From the NCBI GenBank assembly GCA_963813025.1, contig CAWEXO010000014.1:160001-224000 (forward strand): 64,000 nt of DNA, given 5' to 3'. The translations under genes and the position numbers were made by a program. Below the pieces are notes generated by a model, which worked only from the letters and a program-made list of their open reading frames with translations, was not told the origin of the DNA and did no database searches. Every line of letters starts with the position of its first letter. Position 1 is the first letter of the stretch. Below, piece after piece: positions 19,878-30,897 of the stretch. This stretch comes from an uncultured Verrucomicrobiae bacterium. Lineage in GTDB: Bacteria; Verrucomicrobiota; Verrucomicrobiia; Chthoniobacterales; JAFAMB01.

Positions 19878-20092
19878 ACCGGCGGGCTTTGATTTTGTTC
19901 GGTCGGCAACCGGGGGATTCTTGATCGTGACCAGAGCAGGATGGCGGAAGCGCAGAAGGAATGCGAGGAAGCGCTGAAGATTTACGAAAAATTTGCGAAG
20001 CAAGATCCCGGCCAAACCAAGTTAAACAAGGAATGACTCCGCTTCGCTTTCCCTACAAAAGATCATTTAGCCCGATAACAACTACTCTTACG

Positions 20093-20710
20093 ATGAAACC
20101 TTACCTATCAATCGTCGGAATTTTTCTAGCCGTGCTGAATGGCCTGCTTCTTGTTCCGGCAACAAACGCCTACAAGGTTCCAATTACAGCGATAGCTTTT
20201 GTGCTGGCGCTTTTCGTTGTGGCACTTTCTATCCTCGGAGGCACGAAAAGGCATGCAACATTCGCTCCAGCTTCAGGCGTGATTCCACGTCCTGCACCAG
20301 CTGCGAACCAAGCCGAAGCAGAAATAGTGGCTTTCTTTGCCCTCCTTCAAGAGAAAGGCCGGCTTGTGGATTTTCTGATGGAGGATCTCACCTCTTACGA
20401 TGATACCCAGGTCGCAGCGGCCTCGCGGGTGATTCATCAGGGGTGTAGGCAAGTCTTGCAGGAACATTTCAAAATCACTGCTGTCTCTGAAGCCGAGGAA
20501 GGCTCCCAAGTTACCGTCCCGGCCGGATATGCCGCGGACGAGTACCGGCTCGTCGGAAAACTCAGCGGGGACCCACCTTTCACCGGGAAGCTCATCCACA
20601 AGGGCTGGAAGACCGAATCCGTGACACTCCCGCGAATCGTCAAGCCCGATGAAAAACGCCTGCCGGCAATTGCCCCTGCAGAGGTCGAACTCAGCCCTCA
20701 GATTTCGTAA
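20093..20710 (+). CDS. DUF2760 family membrane protein
   Basis: Two N-terminal TMs; LLQEKGRLVDFLMED, RVIH.GC, GxPPF.G.L.H.GW and IAPAEVEL motifs. Confidence 0.8.
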   Translation: MKPYLSIVGIFLAVLNGLLLVPATNAYKVPITAIAFVLALFVVALSILGGTKRHATFAPASGVIPRPAPAANQAEAEIVAFFALLQEKGRLVDFLMEDLTSYDDTQVAAASRVIHQGCRQVLQEHFKITAVSEAEEGSQVTVPAGYAADEYRLVGKLSGDPPFTGKLIHKGWKTESVTLPRIVKPDEKRLPAIAPAEVELSPQIS

Positions 20711-20782
20711 TATTGTGCCGCATCAGAAGCAACCTCGTGTTGAGGAGGCAGGGAAGTAAAATTAATCGTCTAATCGAACCAA

Positions 20783-22627
20783 ATGAGTGCACGCTTCAGC
20801 CTCGGGATTGACCTGGGCACCAGCAACAGCGCGGTTGCGGTCGAGGATTTCGAGACCGACCGTATCGAGATTGTCGCGATTACCCAACTCGTCGGGGCCA
20901 ACCGAATCGGGGAAAGGCCGACGCTTCCGTCGGCACTTTACATCCCGCATCCGGAGGAGTTTCCAAAGGAAACCTTGAGACTGCCATGGCACGCAGACGT
21001 TGACGGCCCGATCGTGGGCCACTTCGCGCGCGATCACGGCGCTTTGATCCCTGATCGCCTGATCACTTCTGCGAAGTCGTGGTTGTCGAACTTCCATACC
21101 GATCCGAAGAGGCCGGTCCTGCCGTGGAAATCTGAGATCAAGGAGCCGAAGCTTTCTGCTTTCGAGTGTTCCCGGCTTTATCTCGAGCACATGAAGGAGG
21201 GATTCCTGTACGCGGAGCGCACGCGAGGTCGCGCGTGGAATCTGGCCGAAGGCCAGGTCGTCCTTACGGTTCCCGCATCCTTCGATGAGGTCGCACGGAA
21301 TCTGACCGCTGATGCTGGCGAAGCGGCGGGTTTCGGCAAGGTTGTATTGCTCGAAGAGCCGCAGGCAGCCTTTTACGCATGGACTGCACAAGCCGGGAGC
21401 GACTGGCGGAACCAGGTCAGACCCGGAGATATCGTCCTGGTTTGTGACGTCGGCGGTGGCACGGCGGATTTCAGCCTGATGGCCATCACCGAAAGGGAAG
21501 GTAATCTCGAAATCGAACGGATCAGCGTTGGCGAGCACATTCTTCTGGGTGGCGACAATATGGACTTGGCGCTCGCGTATACCCTCCGAGCGCACTTGGA
21601 AACGACTGGGAAGTCGGTCGACTCGTGGCAATTCCTCGCGCTAATACACGCTGCCAGCAATGCTAAGGTGAGTCTGTTCACCGACCCATCGCTCGAGCAA
21701 ACTCCGATCGCCCTGCCTTCGCGAGGATCGAGCTTGCTGGCCAAAACCGTCTCCACCCAGCTCGACCGCCCCACGCTCGAAAAGGTGATCCTGGACGGCT
21801 TTTTCCCGCTCACCAGGGTCACCGATCTGCCCCAGGAATCCAAGAGCACCGGCCTTCAGGAGTTCGGTCTGCCATACGCGTCAGACCCAGTCGTGAGCAA
21901 ACATCTCGCCCGGTTCCTGACACGAAGCCTAAAAAATGTGAAAGCCAGTGATGCGCTGAGCTCGCTCGTAAAATCCAAGTCAGAAGCGCTCGAAGGCGAG
22001 TACCTCAAACCGACAGCCGTTCTTTTCAATGGGGGCGTTTTCAATGCGGCACCTATCCGGAAGCGCGTACTTGATCTGCTCGCTTCGTGGAACGAGGTCA
22101 AGGCGGTTTGGGAACTCGGGGGATTCCAACCTGACCTTGCGGTCGCCAAAGGAGCGGCGCTATACGGCCGCAATCGCGCTACCGGAAAGGGGATTCGCAT
22201 CAAAGCTGGCACAGCGCGGTCCTACTACATAGGAATGGAATCCTCGATGCCGGCGATCCCCGGATTCAAGCCGCCAATCAAAGCACTTTGCGTCGTTCCG
22301 CAGGGGATGGAGGAAGGCAGCGAGTTGGTGATCGATGGACAAGCGTTCGGACTGATCACGGGCCAGCCCGCTGACTTCCCTTTCTTCGCCTCTGAGGTAC
22401 GGAGCGGAGACGTACCTGGTCAGTTAATCCCGGATGCCGAACGTGAACTAGAGGAAACCGCCAGAATCGAGGTGATTTTGCCCCCGATCGAGGGATTCCC
22501 CGAGGGCCAGGCGATCCCGGTTGTCATCAATCCGATCGTCACTGAACTCGGAAACCTCGAACTTTGGATGAAGCACACCGGATCGGACCGCCGCTGGAAG
22601 ATCGAGTTTCAGGTCCGCACGCAGTAA
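20783..22627 (+). CDS. Divergent Hsp70-family protein
   Basis: GIDLGTSN, SAKSWL, TVPASFD, LLEEPQAA, DVGGGTADF, LLGGD and LFNGG motifs; non-canonical C-terminus. Confidence 0.9.
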   Translation: MSARFSLGIDLGTSNSAVAVEDFETDRIEIVAITQLVGANRIGERPTLPSALYIPHPEEFPKETLRLPWHADVDGPIVGHFARDHGALIPDRLITSAKSWLSNFHTDPKRPVLPWKSEIKEPKLSAFECSRLYLEHMKEGFLYAERTRGRAWNLAEGQVVLTVPASFDEVARNLTADAGEAAGFGKVVLLEEPQAAFYAWTAQAGSDWRNQVRPGDIVLVCDVGGGTADFSLMAITEREGNLEIERISVGEHILLGGDNMDLALAYTLRAHLETTGKSVDSWQFLALIHAASNAKVSLFTDPSLEQTPIALPSRGSSLLAKTVSTQLDRPTLEKVILDGFFPLTRVTDLPQESKSTGLQEFGLPYASDPVVSKHLARFLTRSLKNVKASDALSSLVKSKSEALEGEYLKPTAVLFNGGVFNAAPIRKRVLDLLASWNEVKAVWELGGFQPDLAVAKGAALYGRNRATGKGIRIKAGTARSYYIGMESSMPAIPGFKPPIKALCVVPQGMEEGSELVIDGQAFGLITGQPADFPFFASEVRSGDVPGQLIPDAERELEETARIEVILPPIEGFPEGQAIPVVINPIVTELGNLELWMKHTGSDRRWKIEFQVRTQ

Positions 22628-22645
22628 CGCCGGTCGGATTTAGAA

Positions 22646-25419
22646 TTGAGCGCGAAATTCTGCATCGGTATCGATCTTGGCACCACGAATTGTGTTATGG
22701 CATTCGAGGAGCTCGACGGCGCCACGCCGCACACGGAGGTATTTCTCATCCCACAGTGGGAAACCCTCACTGGATTTTCCGAAGCACCGACGCTGCCCTC
22801 CTTTCTTTACCTGCCGCAGGAGCAGGAAGCGGCACAAATGCTGAGAGAGGGCACTGAACGAGGTGAATGGATTCCCGGTCGCTTCGCGAGAAAACAGGCG
22901 GGAGAATCGCCCGGTCGCGTAGTGCATTCCGCTAAATCATGGCTCTGCCATCACGCGGCGGATCGCAGCGCGTCCTTCCTGCCGTGGAGATCCGATGAAG
23001 TCCCCGTCGAAAAGCGAATTTCGCCGATCCAGGCGTCCGCCCTGTTCCTTGGTTACCTGCGCGCTGTGTGGGACGCAAAGTTCGCCGGCAAGGGAATCCG
23101 GTTCGACAACCAGGACATTACTATCACCGTTCCCGCGTCCTTCGATGCTGTCGCACAGCGGCTTACCCTGGACGCCGCACGCGAGGCCGGCTTTCCTGAA
23201 AGCGTCCGCCTTTTAGAGGAACCGCAAGCCGCATTCTACTGCTGGCTGGAACAGCACGGCACATTGGGCGAACTGTCGAGACAGCTTCCAGAAAGCGAGA
23301 AACAGCACGTCGTTGTTATCGACATTGGCGGAGGCACGTCCGATTTCACTCTGTTCGAGATCAGCCGCCAGATCGAGACGAGTCTTCCGCACATCAAACG
23401 AATTGCTGTCAGCGACCACCTTCTTCTCGGAGGCGACAATATTGACCTCGCGCTCTCGTACCACATCAAGTCCCGCCTGGCGCACGAAGCGCTTTCCCCG
23501 ACGCAATGGAACTTCCTCGTGGCGCGCTGCCGCGATTTGAAGGAACGCTGCCTTGCCGATACCTCCGACGATGTCTTGCCGATATCTATTCCCGGGCGCG
23601 GATCGAGTCTGCTCGGCGGCACACTCGCGGGCCAGGTCACGCGGGCCGAGATTGAGTCGATCGTACTCGATGGATTTTTTCCCGAATGCGAAGCGGACGA
23701 ACGGCCCGCGCGGACGAAGATTGGACTGAGAGAATGGGCGCTTCCTTATGCCGTAGATAGCGCGGTCACGCGCCACCTCGCGAACTTCCTGCGCGGCCGG
23801 CCCCGGGTGGATGCAGTCCTATTCAATGGCGGAACCCTCTATCCTGACTCTTTGCGGCTGCGGTTACAGCAACAGATCGCCGGCTGGCAAGGCGGCACCG
23901 AGCCGCGAATCCTCAATAACCCGGAACCAAATCTCGCGGTTGCGCGAGGCGCGGCTGGCTTTGGAAGCATCGTACGTCGCCGCGCCCAGCGGATCGAGGC
24001 TGGTGCAGCGCGCGCAATTTATCTGGAAGTCCACAAACAGCTGGGAAAGAAAGACGAGGTTTCCGGTCCCGCCCTGGTCTGCATTCTGCCGCGAAGTGCA
24101 GCGTCCGAAGAGGAGTTCCGCATTTCTGAACTTCGGGCTTGAGCTTCGCGTGAATCGCCCCGTTCGGTTTCAGACATATTATTCGACGCGGCACGGCAAG
24201 GATAAAGCCGGCTCGGTTGTCACTTGGAACGACCGTGATTTCCACCGGCTCCCTCCGCTTCAGACTACTGCCAAGCTTACTGGACGGCGTCTGGAAGCCG
24301 AGAGGCTGCCAGTGACTCTCACTGCTCGCATGAACGAGCTCGGTCTGCTGCAGGTTGCCTGCGTTAGTTTAGATCCATTCGTGCGCGAGACCTGGCCACT
24401 TGAGTTCGACCTTCGCCCGCACGAACTGGGCGGCGAAGATCAAATGGAAACCGGCAATGACATCAGTCCAGACCCCGGAGTCGACGCGGCCAGGCTCGAC
24501 GCCGCGCGAACCCGGATCACCACACTGTTTTCCCGTCCGCTTGACCGGCGTGACAAGCTCACCGCCGCCAATCTCGTCAAAAGTCTCGAGCGAACCCTCG
24601 GAATACCGAAAGCCGATTGGAACTGGGTGCTACTTCGCTCTCTCTGGCCGGCGCTTTACGAGTGCATCTCCTGCCGCCGGGAATCCGTCGAACACGAGGA
24701 AGCGTGGCTGATCCTTGCCGGTTTTCTTCTTCGCCCCGGTTTCGGCGCGGAAAGGGACGCCACCCGGATCGACGAACTCTGGCAACTTCAGACGGATGGA
24801 CTCGTGTATCCCGGCAAGCGCATCCAGCTTCAGCAATATATCCTCTGGAGGCGGGTCGCCGGCGGCCTGAGTCGCGAACGGCAGGAGACGATTCTGGCGC
24901 CCGAGCTGTCCAGGTTACGCACTCAGAAAAACCCGCCAGCCGAGCTCGTCCGCCTCGCCGGATCATTCGAGAGAATCAGCCCCGATCATCAAGACCGAGC
25001 TCATCGATCTTTTTCTCCAAAGCACTCGAGAGCTCGCCACGACGAACCGGTACTGCGCTCCTTATCTGACTACCCTCGGACTTCTTCTCAATCGCACTCC
25101 GCTCTACACCGGACCTGAAAACGTTCTTCCAGCGGTTCACGTCGAACGGGCGTTCGAGGCACTCTCCGATCTCGATTGGACAGAACTGGAACTGGCCGAA
25201 ATCCAGACCCTGTTCCTTCGTGCCGCGCGTATTACCGATAACCCAAGCATCGACTTACCAAAAGCTGTCCGCGAGAAAATCGCAACCAGACTGGAAAAAT
25301 CTGGTGTTGCCTCATCAAAGCTGAGAACACTGCGCGTGTTCGTCCCCGTTGCCGGGCTCGACCGCGCCAGTCTCTTCGGCGAATCCCTCCCGCCGGGACT
25401 ACTGATCGCCGATGGGTGA
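22646..25419 (+). pseudogene. Hsp70-family/DUF3731 fusion gene with two +1 frameshifts (about 24135 and 24985); may be sequencing error
   Basis: The Hsp70 ATPase domain continues in a second frame (GLELRVNRPVRF...LAGFLLRPGFG...WRRVAGGL) and a third frame ending LFGESLPPGLLIADG* at 25419. Confidence 0.8.
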
Positions 25420-25443
25420 AGATTCCAACGCCCGCAAAACCTC

Positions 25444-28374
25444 ATGATGTCACCAAGTGTTACCGATTTCCAACGTCTTGCCGGTGAACTCGAAGGCGCG
25501 CTTCACTTCGACGTAGCCATGCGGACGCTTTATGCGACCGACGCATCGGTTTATCGCGAGATACCACAGGCCGTTGTACTGCCGAAGACCGAGGCTGATA
25601 TCTGCAAGCTCGTTCGCTTTGCGCGTGAACACGGTACCTCCCTCATACCCAGGACGGCTGGCACCTCGCTGGCCGGCCAAGTCGTTGGACCGGGCATTGT
25701 GGTGGATGTGTCGCGTCACTTTACTCGCATTCTAGAGATCGGTGCGGAGGGGCGCCGCGTGCGGGTGCAACCCGGCGTTGTGCGCAATGAGCTTAATCTC
25801 GCGCTTGCTCCACATGGAGTTTTCTTTGCGCCCGAAACCTCAACACAGAACCGTTGTATGATCGGCGGTATGGTCGGCAACAATGCCTGTGGGGCGAACT
25901 CCGTTGTCTACGGCAGTACGCGAGACCACCTCGTATCGGTGCGCGCCGTGTTGAGTGACGGTTCGATTGCCGAGTTTGGCCCGTTATTGCCGGGCGAGTT
26001 CGAAGCGAAATGTTCAGGCGAAACGCTTGAGGCTTCGATCTATCTTGAGATAGAAAAACTGCTCACTGACGCCGGAAATCGCGCCGAGATCGCGCGTGAG
26101 TTCCCGAAACGATCTATTCACCGTCGCAATACGGGCTATGCCCTGGATTTGCTTGCAGATTGTGCGCCGTTTACCCCGGGTGGTCCTCCTTTTAATCTCT
26201 GCCGCCTGTTAGCCGGCTCCGAAGGGACATTGGCGTTTCTAACAGAAATCACTTTGGCGTGCGAACCGCTGCCGCCAAAGGTAAACGCGCTCGTTTGCAT
26301 CCATTGCGCTTCGGTAGACGAGGCTTTGCGTGCTAATATTGTTGCCCTTTGCCATCAACCGCGTGCTTGCGAGTTGATGGACCACAATATCCTTGAGTGC
26401 ACAAAAGCAAATCTCGAGCAGCGGCAGAATCGATTTTTCCTCCAAGGAGACCCCGGCGCCATCCTTGCGGTTGAGCTGGCTGCACCGACTCGCGAAGCGG
26501 TTGCCGCCGTAACTGTCCGGCTTGAAACAGAATTACGCGCTGCCGGCCTCGGCTACCATTATCCGGTTGTCTGGGGTCCGGAGCAGAACCGTGTATGGAA
26601 CCTCCGGAAGGCGGCATTGGGTCTGCTGTCGAGCTTACCGGGAGACGCCAAACCTGTGGCCGTCGTCGAGGATACCGCTATCGATCCGAGTGATCTCCCG
26701 GCGTTTGTGCAGGAATTCGATAAAATTCTGGGTGAGCACGGTCTTTCCGCGGTGCATTATGCTCACGCCGCTTCGGGCGAACTGCACTTGCGGCCCATCC
26801 TGAATCTTAAGGATCAGGAACATCGCAGGCTCTTTCGCGTCGTTGCGACTGAGATCGCAAAGTTAGTGAAGCGCTATGGCGGCTCACTGAGCGGCGAACA
26901 TGGTGACGGCCGTTTGCGTGGCGAATTCCTGCCTTTGATGGTCGGCAAGAAGAATTATGCACTCTTCCGCGCGGTCAAACGCGCGTGGGATCCCTCAGGC
27001 ATATTCAACCCGGGCAAGATCACCGAGACGCCGCCGATGGACGCAAGCTTGCGCTTCAGCCCGGATCAGGCGGTGCGGGAGTTTAAAACTGTGCTGAGAT
27101 TCTCGGAAGCTCGGGGGATCTTGCGCGCCGCAGAGCAGTGCAACGGATCCGGCGACTGCCGCAAGTCGCATCTCATGGGTGGCACAATGTGTCCGAGCTA
27201 CATGGCCACCCGCAACGAGCGCGACACGACGCGGGCCCGCGCAAATATCTTGCGCGAGGTCCTTACGCATTCAACGAAGGCTAATCCTTTTGACAGCGAT
27301 GAGATCGGCCCGGTCATGGATCTTTGTCTCTCGTGCAAAGGTTGCAAGTCGGAGTGCCCGTCCAGTGTCGATGTAGCTCGTCTTAAAGCGGAATGGCTCC
27401 AGCAACGCTACGATGCGCGAGGTGTCCCGATGCGCGCGCGGCTTATTGGGGACTTCTCGCGCGCCATGGCTTTGGCCTCGGTCGCACCCGGAGTGTTTAA
27501 TTTTTTGGTGACAAATACGACGACGGTCAGCTTGCTTAAATGGTTTGCGGGGTTTGCTCAGGGGCGTTCGATTCCTAAGCTCAATAAGATTCCGCTGCGC
27601 CGGTGGCACCGGATGCACGCTAACAAGAATGGCCAGTTTCAGAACGGGCGTGTCTTTTTGTTTTGCGACGAGTTTACGAACTTCAATGACGAGGAAGTCG
27701 GAATCAAGGCCGTGCGGTTGCTCAATCGGCTTGGCTACGAGGTTGTTATTCCACACCACGTCGATAGTGGCCGCGCCCAAATTTCCAAAGGTCTGCTGCG
27801 CGACGCGCAAAGATTGGCGATTCGCAATGTGGAGCTGCTAAAGAATATTGTTACCCCTGAAAGTCCCCTTGTTGGAATCGAGCCCTCGGCGATCCTTGGC
27901 TTCCGGGACGAGGTCCCGGATCTTGTCCCTGCGCATCTGGTTGGAGCAGCAACCGCCCTGGCAAAAGATGCGCTGTTGCTCGACGAGTTCATCGCACGCG
28001 AGGCGGGCCGAGGTCGTATCCGGCGCGAGGCGTTCACGCAGGAGACCCGCAAGATCAAACTCCACGGTCACTGTCACCAGAAATCGTTGGCGTCGTTGAC
28101 TCCCACGGTCAAGGCGCTTGAACTGCCCGTAAACTACGAGGTTCAAGTCATTCCATCCGGGTGCTGCGGCATGGCCGGCTCGTTCGGTTACGAGGAGGAG
28201 CATTTCGACATATCAATGAAAATTGCCGGACTAGTACTCCTGCCGGCGGTGCGTTCGGCGCCGGCCGACACCATCATCGCTGCGCCGGGCACAAGCTGCC
28301 GGCATCAAATAAAAGACGGCACAGGGCACACCGCGCAGCACCCGGCAGAAATTCTCCACGATGCATTGGCATAA
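25444..28374 (+). CDS. FAD-binding, 4Fe-4S oxidoreductase (GlcD/GlcF-type fusion, YdiJ-like)
   Basis: YATDAS.Y, GTSLAGQ, GSEGTL, SGEHGDG, CNG.G.C, CLSCKGCKSECP, HGHCHQ and CCGMAGSFG motifs. Confidence 0.92.
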   Translation: MMSPSVTDFQRLAGELEGALHFDVAMRTLYATDASVYREIPQAVVLPKTEADICKLVRFAREHGTSLIPRTAGTSLAGQVVGPGIVVDVSRHFTRILEIGAEGRRVRVQPGVVRNELNLALAPHGVFFAPETSTQNRCMIGGMVGNNACGANSVVYGSTRDHLVSVRAVLSDGSIAEFGPLLPGEFEAKCSGETLEASIYLEIEKLLTDAGNRAEIAREFPKRSIHRRNTGYALDLLADCAPFTPGGPPFNLCRLLAGSEGTLAFLTEITLACEPLPPKVNALVCIHCASVDEALRANIVALCHQPRACELMDHNILECTKANLEQRQNRFFLQGDPGAILAVELAAPTREAVAAVTVRLETELRAAGLGYHYPVVWGPEQNRVWNLRKAALGLLSSLPGDAKPVAVVEDTAIDPSDLPAFVQEFDKILGEHGLSAVHYAHAASGELHLRPILNLKDQEHRRLFRVVATEIAKLVKRYGGSLSGEHGDGRLRGEFLPLMVGKKNYALFRAVKRAWDPSGIFNPGKITETPPMDASLRFSPDQAVREFKTVLRFSEARGILRAAEQCNGSGDCRKSHLMGGTMCPSYMATRNERDTTRARANILREVLTHSTKANPFDSDEIGPVMDLCLSCKGCKSECPSSVDVARLKAEWLQQRYDARGVPMRARLIGDFSRAMALASVAPGVFNFLVTNTTTVSLLKWFAGFAQGRSIPKLNKIPLRRWHRMHANKNGQFQNGRVFLFCDEFTNFNDEEVGIKAVRLLNRLGYEVVIPHHVDSGRAQISKGLLRDAQRLAIRNVELLKNIVTPESPLVGIEPSAILGFRDEVPDLVPAHLVGAATALAKDALLLDEFIAREAGRGRIRREAFTQETRKIKLHGHCHQKSLASLTPTVKALELPVNYEVQVIPSGCCGMAGSFGYEEEHFDISMKIAGLVLLPAVRSAPADTIIAAPGTSCRHQIKDGTGHTAQHPAEILHDALA

Positions 28375-28519
28375 TTTCTCCGGTCAATATCTCTCTCCAA
28401 AACTATTGGTGGAAGCAGCTAAGCGGCAACAACCATTTTGGCATTGCGGTTTTCTAGACGATTTCTTAGCCTCTCTTTGATTGTTCCGCGACCGTCGAGA
28501 GAGTCTTAGCCGGCGTTGT

Positions 28520-28793
28520 CGGGCTGCATGTCAATGGCTCAGGCGCAACACTCACGCTTCAGGGCACGCAAATCACTCAGTTCAACAGTGGAGGAGATAC
28601 TGCGGTCTTGGCCGAAAACGGTGGAACAATCAATCTTTCGAACACGGCCGAGACGCTTGTCGGCGGCGGGGGTGACCATCCGGTGGTTGCCAGGAGCGGG
28701 GGGATTATCAATCTTGCCGAGGTCACGATTGATCTTCGGGCGGGGGCGGAAACGGGCTGGAGGCCAGTGGAGCGGCTCGAATTACCGCAATGA
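28520..28793 (+). pseudogene. Remnant of autotransporter-like beta-helix passenger
   Basis: HVNGSGATLTLQGTQITQ...AVLAENGGTINL...VARSGGIINL repeats; no start or translocator domain. Confidence 0.45.
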
Positions 28794-28884
28794 ATAGCCA
28801 GATTACGATCCTAGGGTTTTGCGGAAACTTTGGCGCACTAGCGAGCGACGGCCTAGGTGGCGGGAATATCGGAGTAAGCGTCGC

Positions 28885-29013
28885 TTCCGGCGAAACGGCA
28901 CGCCCAAGCGGGTTGCTTTCGCGATTGGAGATGGCGCCGCGGCCGTAACGTCAGTCCACAATTTCTTTGGGCGTATGCATGGCGACGAAATGGTGGAGGG
29001 GGTGCAAAGTTAG
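28885..29013 (+). pseudogene. C-terminal remnant of thioredoxin-reductase-like FAD oxidoreductase
   Basis: R.GTPKRVAFAIGDGAAAVTSVHNF resembles the KRVASAVGEG...VH tail. Confidence 0.55.
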
Positions 29014-29082
29014 ATGGGAGTGTCAGTTTCATACGAGGACGACGAGCAGGGATACCGTGTCGAAATCTCCTTCGCGCCCGGG

Positions 29083-30054
29083 CTAAGCGCGTTGCGGACT
29101 GATCTCTATCGTCTCGTGAAACTTGCTGTAGTCCACCGTGTAGCGCCCAAGCGAATCTTCAGTATAGATCTCTGCGAATCGCCGGTTCCAAGCAATTTGC
29201 TCGTAAAGATACTCCGTCTGACTTTGCACGGGAGCTTGAATCACCGGATCAACGCAAACGATTGATGCAAGCATGCGACTGTCAGCCAGTTTTAAGTCTT
29301 GCCGGGTCAGGCCAAATAACGGACTGGTTTCGTCGATCACGTGTCGCAGGGTGAGTGCCGCTGGAAAGTTGATCAGGTGATCGAATTGTAGCCGTAGTGG
29401 ATAAAAGCGCCGGACCTCTTCCCCTTCCTTCGTCAATTCGCTGCGCATAAGCAACAGCCGAAATTCGGCTTCGACCATCGCGTGATGTCGGAGGTTGGCC
29501 AGGCGCAGCATGAGAGTCGGAAAACCATCAAACGGTGCAACGACGGCGACGTTACTGAACATGATCCGGGCGGTCGGTCTGGAGAAACGGACAAAGATCA
29601 GACCAGTCATGACCGCCAGACCAAAAAGGCCGGCCATGATTTCAAGCGTAGTGATGCAATGGCCGTAAAAAGTGTCCGGATAGGCGTGCCCATAGCCTAC
29701 GGTGGCCAACGTTTCTACGCTGAAGAAGAAGGCATCGGAAAACGAGCCTGGAAGCAGTCCAGCGATGGATCGCCCTCCGAGCACGTAGAGCGTTGCAAAA
29801 CAGAGGTTAATGACGACGTACATCCCGAGAACCAGGCTAATGAACTGCGGCCAGCTAAGGGTCAAGATGAGGTGGTAAATATCGCGCCAGTCGTACTTCG
29901 TGGCGTTGACTTTGACAAACTCGCGGTGTCCGACTCGGACCGTGATTGGGGCAGACGATCTTTTCATAAAGCGGCTCCTTTTGAGCATCCTGTGCCATGG
30001 GCTAAGCCGAGTTTCATGAATTATTTGACCCGACTTTGGGTTCATATTCGGCAT
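29083..30054 (-). CDS. Inward-rectifier potassium channel (KirBac)
   Basis: D.YH..L.L.W, FFFSVETLATVGYG selectivity filter, RFSRP, H.IDE.SPL and DYSKFH motifs. Confidence 0.93.
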   Translation of the reverse strand: MPNMNPKSGQIIHETRLSPWHRMLKRSRFMKRSSAPITVRVGHREFVKVNATKYDWRDIYHLILTLSWPQFISLVLGMYVVINLCFATLYVLGGRSIAGLLPGSFSDAFFFSVETLATVGYGHAYPDTFYGHCITTLEIMAGLFGLAVMTGLIFVRFSRPTARIMFSNVAVVAPFDGFPTLMLRLANLRHHAMVEAEFRLLLMRSELTKEGEEVRRFYPLRLQFDHLINFPAALTLRHVIDETSPLFGLTRQDLKLADSRMLASIVCVDPVIQAPVQSQTEYLYEQIAWNRRFAEIYTEDSLGRYTVDYSKFHETIEISPQRA

Positions 30055-30897
30055 AGTGATGAGCTCTGGAAGAGCGTCATCGACGAACTCGCATCTTTGC
30101 GAGAATCGACGCGTGAGATGGCGGTCGAGCGGCGTTCGGACCTGCGCTATTTCTTAGCCGTTGCTGCCGTAGCTGATTATGCAGCACAAGGATGCCAAGT
30201 ACTCGTCGCCCCTTTCGACATTACACTTGGGAAATGTGCGGTAATCAGAGATCCATTCGGCATGCGCCGGTTTTCTTCGCCGCCACACGATACCTGTTCC
30301 CTAACGCAGTCACCTTGCTACAGCGCGCGCTTCCGCATATACTTTTTAAGCGTCACGTCAGGTCTGAAAGAGTATTTCCGATTAACAAGGAACGTTTGTA
30401 TAATGCGCGGCAAGGCGTTCGTCTTTTTCAGGCGATCGCAGCGAAGTTTGGCCCTGAAAGATCGTGCTCACTGAGCGCTGCCAAAACGGTCCAGCAAATC
30501 AGGAGACGAATTATGAACCAAGAAATTGTCGATGTGATGAGATCGTTGAGATGGGAGACCTGGCCTACGTCCGCACCACCTCGGCTGGTAAGACGGACAT
30601 CCTTCCAAAGAAAGTGACAAGAAAGGAAGCCAATAATGAGTTGTTCATTTTTCGCAAGGAAGAAGGGAAATAGAAGATTCACCGGTACCTGTTCGCTTCC
30701 AGCAATCCGCCGGCAGTCTAGAATTTAGCAAACGCCGGGAACTCCGTAAACGGTGTCGCCGATGAGTATGCTGTGACCGGCGCTGGCGGGGGGATGTTGT
30801 GGATGGCGAGATTGAAAACGGCTACGCGGATGACCTCAGTCTCGCCTTATCGGTTCCGCGCGTGCTAGGCGTTTCGGCAGGATAAAATAAAAACGTC

